Assembly (NCBI RefSeq): GCF_006345805.1
Contig: NW_021834066.1
Location: forward strand, 1 to 31,991
Direction of reading: 5' to 3'
Length of the DNA: 31,991 bases
From: Octopus sinensis
Lineage: Eukaryota
Below, piece by piece: positions 22,462 through 31,991 of the stretch. A program made the position numbers and the translations under genes. The notes below the pieces were generated by a model. The model was not told where the DNA came from. It worked only from the letters and a program-made list of their open reading frames with translations, and did not search any database. The number at the start of each line of letters is the position of its first letter. The stretch's first letter is position 1.

Positions 22462-22761
22462 CTAGCAGTATCGCCCGGCGTTGCTCGGGTTTGTAAGGGA
22501 AATAACTATAACATCATTGTAGACATTTTTAGAGAGTTACTTCCTTATATAATAGTGAAAAAATGCATTAAAATGGAAAAAATGATGGTAAATTATTTTT
22601 AAAATCGTAGACTCATCGTAGACGCGCGCTAATACCCAGAAGGGCTCGATATGAATCACGACTATAAGATACCCGTTTTGGTTAAACTGCACCGCAAAAT
22701 GTGGGAGTAGTTAGGATCTAAATCGTAGACAGACACACAACCTCTCTTTTATATATAAAGA
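22462..22761 (-). mobile_element. Non-autonomous Helitron, about 300 bp
   Basis: Minus strand A|TC start, GC hairpin CCCGAGCAACGCCGGG (22474-22489) 8 nt before terminal CTAG|T; no TSD. Confidence 0.8.
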
Positions 22762-22774
22762 TATATATATAGAG

Positions 22775-22988
22775 AGAGGCTGAGACAGACCATACCGGAG
22801 CAACCCCTTCACTGTGTTTGGGTTTCTTTTCTGCATTGTTTCTGGGGAGATTGCGAGTTGGATGGAGCTATTCTTTGTGCCTTCTGCCTCGATGTGAATT
22901 TATCTGGTATCTCAGATGAAAATTTGTCCCGACGCTTTTTGAAAATCTCCACATCGACTTTCGCAAATTCTGGCACGATGCTGAATAG

Positions 22989-22995
<7 letters not shown>
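22775..22995 (-). mobile_element. Older CR1/L2-group LINE 3' end
   Basis: LFSIVPEFAKVDVEIFKKRRDKFSSEIPDKFTSRQKAQRIAPSNS aligns with the 9140-9489 translation; decayed tail GGGGTTGCTCCGGTATGG. Confidence 0.7.
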
Positions 22996-23063
<68 letters not shown>

Positions 23064-23449
23064 CAGTTGAATATGGTACTTAAGTTAAAGGCACCAGAAT
23101 TTAGTATGGTATTATCCATATAATTCAAAATGGGGTGATTCTAATCTAATCAAAATAAGTAACAAAGATATCCAGAGGTAATGCAGTACGATCGTTTCAT
23201 GCGACTCCATTTAATTGAACAATGCAAATATTACATCAATTTTTAAATGTAGAGCAAACTTCAGTTGCATAAAAAATATAGAATTTAGTTAAATTCGAAG
23301 GATTCATTTGTATAGTTTTCTTATTATCAAAATCACAAAGAGGATAAGTAGATAGACAAAGAGCATGTTTCATCAACAACATCATTTCGAAGGTAAGGAC
23401 AAGAAAGCGACTTCGTTGTACCTTCGTAACGCGGAGTAGATGAAACAGA

Positions 23450-23515
23450 CTTTGCCTTTCCTCCCTTTCAGGGTCGATAAGATAAGTACTAGCTGTGCAT
23501 CTAGGATCGAAATTT
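23450..23515 (+). mobile_element. SINE family B central fragment
   Basis: GACTTTGCCTTTC..CCTTTCAGGGTCGATAAGATAAGTAC. Confidence 0.65.
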
Positions 23516-23884
23516 GGAATTTGAAATCAATATCAGCTGCCTTTTTTAAGTACTTACGCAAAAACTCACACATATTCAGAGAAACATCCAGAAAAGGATT
23601 CAGTAACAATCTTTTTGTTGTTTTACTAGTATGAACTCGGGAACTGCGGCCATGCTGGGGCTCCGTAGTGAATAAATATCGCTTTTAAATTAGGGCTTTG
23701 CCAATTAGATAACAAACAACAATATCTAGTGAAATAAAAAATTAAAAGAAAAACGCAAATAAATAAATAATACTGCATAGAAAAATTAAAAAAAAAACAA
23801 TTACGGAATGGAATTTCCTGAAGAAACAATAAAATTATCACACTTGTTGTGATTATAGTTGTTGCTGCTATTGTCATTTCCCCT

Positions 23885-23957
23885 CAACATCATCATCATC
23901 ATTCTCATCATCATCATCACATCATCATCATCATCAATCATCATCATCATCATTCTC

Positions 23958-23988
<31 letters not shown>

Positions 23989-24311
23989 CCATCACCATCC
24001 ACCACCACCACCACCACCACCATCACCATACCCACCAGCACCACCATACCACCACCACCATCACCATCACCACCATCACCACCACCACCACCACACCACC
24101 ACCACCACCACCACCACCACCACCACCACCATACCACCACCATTGTCCACCATTGTCCTTTTTGTTTTTCTCTCACTTCTAATCCACCACCACCATCCAC
24201 CACCACCACCACCACCACCATCCACCACCACCACCACCACCACCACCACCACCACCACCACCACCGCCGCCGCCGCCGCCATCATCATCACTCCCCCCCC
24301 CACCCCCACCT

Positions 24312-24360
<49 letters not shown>
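23885..24360. repeat. In-phase trinucleotide mosaic (CAT)n, (CAC)n, (CGC)n
   Basis: Stepwise triplet runs; source of poly-H/P/T/R ORFs. Confidence 0.95.
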
Positions 24361-24720
24361 TGTCAAAATATAAATTTAGAGGTCAAAGCATTATCATTGA
24401 AATATAATAATTGCACAGTTGCAATTAGTCTGGTTGCATGAAGTGTGTATGCGTGTTCGTGTTGTGCACGCGAGCATGCGCGCGTGTGTCGTGTGTGTGT
24501 GTGTGTGTGTGCATGTGCATATGTGTGTGTATATGTGTGGCGTATTTGGGGGGAGTAAGTTAACGCCTGTATTGAAGAATAGTTTCATGTAAATTGGTTG
24601 GAATATTGGCGAATCTAACGAGCAGGTGTTCCAATTACGAAACACTTACTTCAGGCAGTTTCTATATTATATTTTCTCCTCTTGCCTCTTTCACTGTTAA
24701 AAGCAAATAACAACATAATT

Positions 24721-24753
<33 letters not shown>

Positions 24754-24824
24754 AGCCTTATTAGTTGTAGTATTGCTATAAGTAGACTGATTTGATGTTT
24801 TTCGTTAATTTATTTACTTTTTAA

Positions 24825-25199
24825 TTGTTTTAATTGCTTCAGTCATTAGACTGCGGCCATGCTGGGGCACCGCTTGGAAGAATTTTTTAGTCGAGCAAAT
24901 CGACTCTGGTACTTCCTTTTGTATTTTTTTTGTTTTTGTTTTCAAGCCTGTTACTTATTCTATCTGTTTCTGTGGCCGGACCGCTATGTTACAGGTACGT
25001 AAACACACCAATACCGGGTGGCAAGCGATGGAGGGGGGGGGGGAGAAACACAGCTACAAAGACAAACACACACACTTACACTTACACATACATACACGCA
25101 CACGCATGTTTATGTATACGATGAGCTTCTTTCAGTTTCCTCCAACCAAATCCATTCACAGGCTCTGGTTAGACCGAGGCTATAGTAGAAAGCACTTGC

Positions 25200-25243
<44 letters not shown>

Positions 25244-25280
25244 CATATATATATATATACGGCTATACATATATATATAT

Positions 25281-25317
<37 letters not shown>

Positions 25318-25470
25318 CTACGGGCTTCGTTCATTTTCCGTCTACCAAATCCACTCACAAAGCTTTGGTCCGCTCGAGGCTATAGTAGAACGCACTTACC
25401 CAAGTTGCCATGCAGTGGGACTGAACCTCGAACCATGTGGTTGGGAAGCAAAGATCTTACCACACAGCCT
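24825..25470 (-). mobile_element. SINE family A with duplicated left-part segment
   Basis: 3' half 24825-25090, partial left part 25117-25200, (TA)n, complete left part 25316-25470. Confidence 0.85.
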
Positions 25471-25742
25471 CTTCTACGTCTATATTTTTATATTAGGTGC
25501 TGTTGTTTTGGTAAATTTTGTCAAAAGAACCCAAACTACCAAAGCTGGAATCGGAGAATTCCAACAAATAAAAGCAGCACTCTTGTGACAATTGCTACGA
25601 CGAGCAGTCATCAAGAATTGGCGTCGTTACCAAACTAGGTGTCGCTGTAACTAATTTGCATGTCGCCATAATGAATTCTGACGACAGTGTTGTGTCTCTT
25701 TCTTTTTAATTCTTTTTTTTCTCACTCTTCTCTTCCCCTGAA

Positions 25743-25890
25743 AAAGTGCGCGGCGTAGTGGTTAAGGAGTTGCATATACGATCGTCGGATTGTCATTTCG
25801 ATTCTCGGACTGAGTAGTGTACTGGCTTCTTGGTCACAACACTTCGTTTCATGTTGCTTCGGTCCACTCGGCTTTAAATGATCAGTCCTT
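25743..25890 (+). mobile_element. Old tRNA-derived SINE head with CORE-like domain
   Basis: GGCGTAGTGGTTAAG A-box, TTTCGATTCTC B-box-like, CACTTCGTTTCATGTTGC..GTCCACTCGGCT as in 17230-17270. Confidence 0.55.
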
Positions 25891-25973
25891 CGGCCTATCA
25901 GCACGCGGTTCAACCGGACGGTTGTGATCTCGGTAACATGTATTTTGGCGAGTATCCCTTCACCGAATGCATC

Positions 25974-26112
<139 letters not shown>

Positions 26113-26298
26113 GACGACTGAGTGGAGGAGCGAAAGAAAGAGCCACTCGACAAATTTATCCAAAACAGTTTGCTTCCACCGCATGCAATTAAATATTTCG
26201 TAGGTCTGTCACAGGAACCTACGAAACTCTTAGCTGCAAGTGGCCGAATCATATTGTTTAAAATTATGTGTGTAAGCGCACGCGCACACACACACACG

Positions 26299-26339
<41 letters not shown>

Positions 26340-26501
26340 TATAGATATAGCGGGAATATTCAGCAATCATTCCATGTTGCAATTCGATAGAATATTACGT
26401 ACGTGATTAAAAAAAAAACCAATGACTTCACTCAGAACTGTCTCCAGCAACAATCCCATATTTCCGTTCCTTCCTCTCTTCGGCACACCTTACTTAACCA
26501 G

Positions 26502-26577
26502 AGAGCATCAGGACGCAGCGGAGAGAGCATTGACAAACACCACAGAAAATGCTCAAGAGAAGGCGGACAACAGCTGA
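26502..26577 (+). CDS. Candidate terminal coding exon of an unidentified host gene (EHQDAAERALTNTTENAQEKADNS*)
   Basis: Pyrimidine tract 26461-26490, CTTAAC, CAG acceptor at 26499-26501, non-repetitive GC-richer sequence, stop TGA 26575-26577. No recognised homology and no upstream exon found. Confidence 0.25.
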
Positions 26578-26934
26578 CAACACAAAGTCAACGGGCAGCC
26601 GGAGGACGAACAGCATTAGAAGTCAGTAGCACGGCAAGCAGCTAACGACACTTTATCTGCTATTGCAATTACACCAAGAACAACAACATTCAAAATACTC
26701 TTTCGTCGTTCGTGGTAGTGACAGCATTTTTCTTTTTTGCGTACGAAAAGAATGAAAATATTGTTTATCAAAAACCCTACAGATATCTGTGTTCATCGTC
26801 GTACAACTGGTGACCCGACGTATGAAGGCAAGTCGACAACGATCGATGAATTCAAAAACAAAAACAACAAAAATCAAAGCGACGTTTCCAGTAAATGTTA
26901 TTAATTTGATGCTCGATGAAAATTTTTGAGAGAA

Positions 26935-26990
26935 AGTTAAACGTAATAATACCACGTTTCGGCGCCATAACCTTTCGTCTGGTAGTAGAG
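26935..26990 (-). mobile_element. Decayed hammerhead-like core, Penelope-type
   Basis: Minus strand CAGACGA-AA-GG..CC-GAA-ACGT(loop)ACGT-T; U4 mutated and helix I unpaired. Confidence 0.4.
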
Positions 26991-27349
26991 GAAAGTCGAA
27001 TTAAGAAGAAAAAGAGGAAGGAACAGGAGATAGGAAGGGAGGATAGATTAAGGAAAAAAAGAGGAGAGAAGTGTAGGGAAAGAGAAGAATGAAAGGTGTA
27101 AGAGCCGCAGACGAATGATGAAGATTTACTATTAATGTTAACGAGTTGACGTGCTCCAAGAGAATTCAGAGATGTAACGAATTAGAGGAGGTAATCCTAG
27201 GGTAAAGGATATCTAAGAATTAGTCAGAAGGACGCGGATGGTCAACTTGAACGTGGGATGATAGGCAAATCGATAACTAACAAATAATTCAAAGACAAAA
27301 CAATAAAAATTAGAGATGTTTAGGGTGTATATTATTGGTTTGACACGAC

Positions 27350-27450
27350 ATGCTTCCATACAGTTGCGGTCTACCAAATTTACTGACAAGGCACAGGTCG
27401 AACCGGGCTATGTCGAAAGAAACTTGCTTAGGGCCCTCTGACCCCGAAAT
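27350..27450 (-). mobile_element. SINE family A left part, heavily decayed
   Basis: CAGTTGCGGTCTACCAAATTTACTGACAAGG..GGCTAT..GAAACTTGC resembles CAGTTTCCGTCTACCAAATCCACTCACAAGG..GGCTATAG..GACACTTGC. Confidence 0.55.
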
Positions 27451-27459
27451 CACGACGTT

Positions 27460-27780
27460 GTTATGATCTAACTTCTTATCCGTTTGAATAGGAACATTCT
27501 ACAAAATCTTACATATTTCCGAATCAAATACACTTTCAAGTCGATAATAGTACCATATACTTCCTTCTTCAAATCCTTATTTTTGACAAAGCTTCTTGTC
27601 TAAATCTTTCACAGCTTGATAATGCCTCTATTTCTGGCCTATGCCAACTTGCAACATTCAGCAACGATCTGTGAAATTGTTTCATCCCAAATTCCACGCA
27701 CTGGTCTACATTTTGCTGACAGCTTCTCCCCATAAATATATTTTCTCAAGTCGTTTGCTTGCAGTGCTTGGATCTTAGCC
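27460..27780 (-). mobile_element. R4/Dong-like relic: CCHC zinc-knuckle region
   Basis: IQALQANDLRK..SAKCR...DETISQIVAECCKLA*..RH.Q...KLCQK*GFE...WY...CKIL*NVPIQTDKKLDHN, matching the segment between RT and the restriction-like endonuclease. Confidence 0.7.
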
Positions 27781-27781
27781 G

Positions 27782-28930
27782 TTATATAAGTGTCAGTTGT
27801 TCACAACCAGTGAACTAAGGTAACACCTCTTACTTTACGAGCACCTTCCGGAGTATTCGGGTGGTTCCAAGTAGTGCTGTCTTCAGTAAGTGCTCCACCC
27901 TTATTGCAGCCCATATTTGTTCCCCGTACCTCTCGAGATTTTTGCTCACTGTTCCCAGTGCTCCGACGATTATTGGTATTACTGCTACCTTTTTCATCGA
28001 CCACAACTGCTTAAGACTTCCCAAGCTAACCTGTCATATCTCCCGACTTTTCTTTCTTCCTTATCGTATACCTTGTTGTCTGCTGTGCATGCTATATCTA
28101 TCTCTATCTAGATATAGCATTCCCACATTTTCTGCTACGACAATACTTGCTGCCTTGATCAAATTATTTGTTTCTGTGATGCTGTTTCTTTCGATGTATT
28201 TCAGAATTTTATTGACATTTTTCGTTTCTTGGTTCAATTTCCATCGATCAACCTTTTTAAGGTTGCGAATAATGTTGCTAACGTTCTCCTGTAGTTTGCT
28301 TTTATTCTGTCGTAGATTGCCTTTTGTTCATCTGTCATGTCGCCATTAGTTTTACTGTCTTCTTTTAGATCAGCTATATTCTCTCATCAAGTAAACTACT
28401 ACTGCTCCTTTCTTGTGCTATGAGATTACTCTTATTACTAAGACCTGTATTTTCCTCGCTATCTCTGCTCTTATTTTCTATGACCCGTCTTTTGATAGCT
28501 TCGAGCTCTACTTCTGAGAACCAATAATCTTTTCCTTATTACTCTAGCTTGATCACATATAGTCTCTATTCCTCGAGTTGAAACAATCCCTTTTCTCTCC
28601 AATGATCATACATACGTTGTCGGTAACACCTAATTTGAGCACCATTTTCATCTACCGAGCTGCTCATATAGTAACACTCCATGACCACAGCATTAATTTG
28701 CTTGCTCTATCTACACCGTGTGTGGTAGTCCCTTTCTGGATATCGACAGGCTGGAGCCGGACCAGAATCTCTGAGCCTACCGGGCGTAACACTGTCACCA
28801 TCATTGGCTTCAGTTTCATTACCACCGTTATTCACAATATTTTGTGTTTTCATTGTCACTCATATGTGGTAGCGATTATCAGGTCGCGCAATTACCAGTG
28901 TTTTTATTGTGACACCATCACTAGATGTAT
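27782..28930 (-). mobile_element. R4/Dong-like element: N-terminal ORF region joined directly to the C-terminal endonuclease tail, RT absent
   Basis: ATG at 28853; VVMECYY..CYRQRMYDHWREKG..RLCDQAR..WFSEVELEAIK..ITETNNLIKAASIVV up to about 28120; then IDIACTADNKVYDKEERK..VIPIIVGALG..ALLGTTRILRKVL, stop at 27830-27832. Confidence 0.8.
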
Positions 28931-28974
28931 CATTAATCAGCTCATGAGGAGGAGGAGGAGGTTCCACCCGTTTC

Positions 28975-29324
28975 CTTTCATTATTATTATTATTATTATC
29001 ATCATCATCATCATCATCACTGATATCACTGATATCACTGATATTATTGTTCTTATGTGTAGTAGCAGCAGTGTTTGTAGCAACAGCAACAGTAGCGTGG
29101 GTGGAGGTAGTGGTAAGGGTGCTATCATAATAGTAGTAGTTGTAGTGGTAATGTAGTGTTAGTAGTATTTAGTATTAGCAGCTGCAGCATATTATTTTTA
29201 TTTTTATCATTATCACCATCACCACCACCACCACCACCACCACCACCACCACCACCACCACCACCTTTGTTTTAGGGAAAAGTTGGGTAGCTATTATTAT
29301 TATTATTATTATGATTAATATTTA

Positions 29325-29400
<76 letters not shown>
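28975..29400. repeat. Trinucleotide repeats (ATT/ATC/AGT/CAC/TAT)
   Basis: Direct inspection. Confidence 0.9.
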
Positions 29401-29402
<2 letters not shown>

Positions 29403-30704
29403 CGTAGTCATTTTTATATAATGTGTCCTTCCTTCTGTTAGAGAAGTTGGGTGAGATGTGAGGGTGCTTTCCACCTATTTTTAGTAAGCTGAAAACGTAG
29501 AGGCAGTGAAGTCTTCATAATAGTTCATTTCGCAACACTTCTACCTTATATTACTCAAGTAAAAAAAAAAAAATTCATATTATAAAATTACCAAATTACC
29601 TCACTTGTAAAACCGAGCAAATCTTAAGACAAAGCAGAATGCGATTTTCCTTAATAGATGCCAGGAATATTTGGTTGGTAATCAAATAATAAATGATGGA
29701 TAAGTTTTTTGTATTAGCTGGTGTTGGTGTTCTTGATGTTGTTAAAGCTATTTCGCATATTTTTTTCATCTTTTAATATAACAGTTTTGCATAAGAGAAG
29801 CGAAAGCAAAAGCATGCCTGGGGCTTTTACCAAGGAGGCTTAGAAGCATTAGCGATTAATTTAAAACAACAGACATAAAATAAAGTTAAAAAGTTAATTG
29901 ATTCAAATCCTGAAACCTTTGTTGTTTGAGTTTTGCCGCAGGAAAACGAAATTATAAATTTGGTTCACTCTGAGAAAATAAAAATTAATAATAAAAAGCA
30001 AACAAATTCAACTACATCATTAAAACAATAAAGCAAATCGGTATATGGTCAAAAAATAAAAAATAAAAAGATAAAAATGGACGACCTTCTGCCATATGTT
30101 TTAACGATGTAAAAGTTTAAAAAAAATTGGCAAATAAATCAAATATTCACTTTATAACTGAGGGTAGTAAAAAAAATAATACACATGACAAATGCAGAGG
30201 AAACTTTCTGTTCATGAAAATGTCACTAACGTCTTATTAAACTTTCCTCTCTGATTCCGCTATAGTTGCCAGTTGTATTATGATTCATTTTGTCAAAATA
30301 TTGAAGGAGAAATAGAATGATGTTTGGTAGATGTACTTTATAAAGTTTACAGCAATTTACAAGAAGTTGACCATGTATATTTTATATCCAGCCTTGTGGT
30401 GTAGTGGCAGTAATGATATAAAATGTGCTGCAAGTGTTTTAATCCCAGGATAATTCCATTGAGATATATGAACACCTCAGTAGGAAGTAACAAATCATTC
30501 CAGTTTCATAGCGCTGTCACTGCTTACTATGATAATTGTCTCCATCCTGTACTATTTGCTTTCATTTAGCTGCCATTAACATTTTGTCTTAAATGTCTTA
30601 GCAACGGACACATGGTGACGTTAGTGATATGATATAAAACTTATTGGCTGTCCGACACTTGGCTTTATCCATTATCCTTAATTGCATTATGCATATTAAA
30701 AGTC

Positions 30705-30990
30705 AAATACAGATACTGTAACCATCTTCCGACCTTTAGGCACCGCGAGAAGAGACATACAACAACCCTCTCGGAATTAATCTGGAAACTTAAAGACGAA
30801 AACATCAATTAGAACATCAAATGGAAAATCCTAACCAAGACTAGCCCTGAATTACCGGGTCAAAAAGATGCTTGATATGTTTCCTCCTTAAAATATCATA
30901 TAAAAACTTTAAAAACTCCAATAAATGAGTAAATTCCAGGAACGAGATATTTTCTTTATGTCCGCATTTAAAAAAATACATTTTAGGCCA
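30705..30990 (+). mobile_element. Penelope-like element GIY-YIG endonuclease, C-terminal relic
   Basis: KYRYCNHLPTFRHREKRHTTTLSELIWKLKDENIN*NIKWKIL..[frameshift]KRCLIC..RNEIFSLCPHLKKYIL matches the remembered RY.NH..SF...T.LS..IW.LK...I.W.I...C.LC...R.E....C.H pattern of PLE endonucleases. Confidence 0.7.
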
Positions 30991-31331
30991 ACGGACACAT
31001 CAACAAACATTTCTGTTTGGCTATTGTAATTTTGATACGCGTAAGGTACTGGCTGTATTTCGTGTAGGGTTAGTTTACCTCTTCTGTGTTTTTCTCTCTC
31101 CCTTTTTCTAGATACGCTTTTCCATTCAAACATCAACTGCTTCGAATGCAGTTAACAAACCGTCTTGTTGCTTTGAACAGCATGAAAAATGGCGAAATAA
31201 ATTAATATTTCCACCGAGAAACCCTGGGTAGTAGTAGTACACAAGATTTGTCTTTATTATAATATCTTTTCTCTCATAGCTGATCGACTGCTATACTACT
31301 TCTTGAAACCTTACCACTCAGTATGTGTGTC

Positions 31332-31382
<51 letters not shown>

Positions 31383-31609
31383 ACATGCATATATATGTAC
31401 GTACCTACCTCTACATGTATATATACACGCATATAAGGGTAAAGGACACAAAAAAAAAAAACGCCGAACACAATGAGGAACGAAAACATAAACACAAATA
31501 CAAGGAACTGGACATTTTTCTTAAACAACAAAAAATTGAGTACAGGAAAAATAACACAAGGAAAATTCCCCTTCTTCAGTCGCCATAGTTTCATCTACTC
31601 TGCGTTTCT

Positions 31610-31694
31610 CACTGGGTCGATGTAATCGACTTAATCCCTTTGTCTGTCCTTGTTTGTCCCCTCTATGTTTAGCCCCTTGTGGGCAATAAAGAAA

Positions 31695-31695
<1 letters not shown>
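31610..31695 (+). mobile_element. SINE family B, 5'-truncated
   Basis: CACTGGGTCGATGTAATCGACTTAATCC...CCCCTTGTGGGCAATAAAGAAATA. Confidence 0.9.
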
Positions 31696-31755
<60 letters not shown>

Positions 31756-31919
31756 ACACATACAAACATAGATATGTTGCTTTATCGAAATAAATATATG
31801 TATGTATGTATAGGTATTTTCAGCACCACTCTTCAGTTGCTGTTCAGGCTGGAGCTTTAGTGAAACTAAACTTAGCACTCATAGTATGTCAGTTGACGAA
31901 AACTCCTTGTATATTCCTT

Positions 31920-31991
31920 CTTTCTTCCTTTCGTCTTTCGTTCTTTCTTTCTTTCTTTCTTTCTTTCTTCTTTCTTTCTTTCTTTCTCTTT
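31920..31991. repeat. (TTTC)n microsatellite
   Basis: Direct inspection; runs to the window edge. Confidence 0.95.

Noticed and set aside
30385-30455. tRNA-like A-box TGGTGTAGTGG with B-box-like GTTTTAATCCC
   Set aside because: No cloverleaf can be drawn; at most a decayed SINE head. The SINE heads elsewhere were likewise not called as tRNA genes.

Overview
AT-rich, microsatellite-saturated eukaryotic DNA with no confidently identifiable host gene, tRNA/rRNA gene or CRISPR array. The SINE families and simple-repeat density look like an Octopus (coleoid cephalopod) genome; this is an inference from pattern recognition, not a database search. The long ORFs in the track come from microsatellites or transposon relics. 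The window is a mosaic of mobile elements: several tRNA-derived SINE families (labelled A-D here), relics of CR1/L2-group, RTE-like, R4/Dong-like and Penelope-like retroelements, a small canonical Helitron, and several fold-back/TIR elements. Highlights: (1) an apparently complete type I hammerhead ribozyme fold at 1344-1410, plus about 8 decayed hammerhead cores, several in outward-facing inverted pairs; (2) a CR1/L2-type LINE 3' end inserted inside a SINE that shares its 3' tail, with compensatory changes in a terminal hairpin; (3) an R4/Dong-like locus with the RT missing, domains out of order and a hairpin at the junction; (4) a perfect 17-bp-arm hairpin that could be a pre-miRNA. All alignments, translations and folds were done by eye; boundaries are approximate (about +/-10 nt unless stated).
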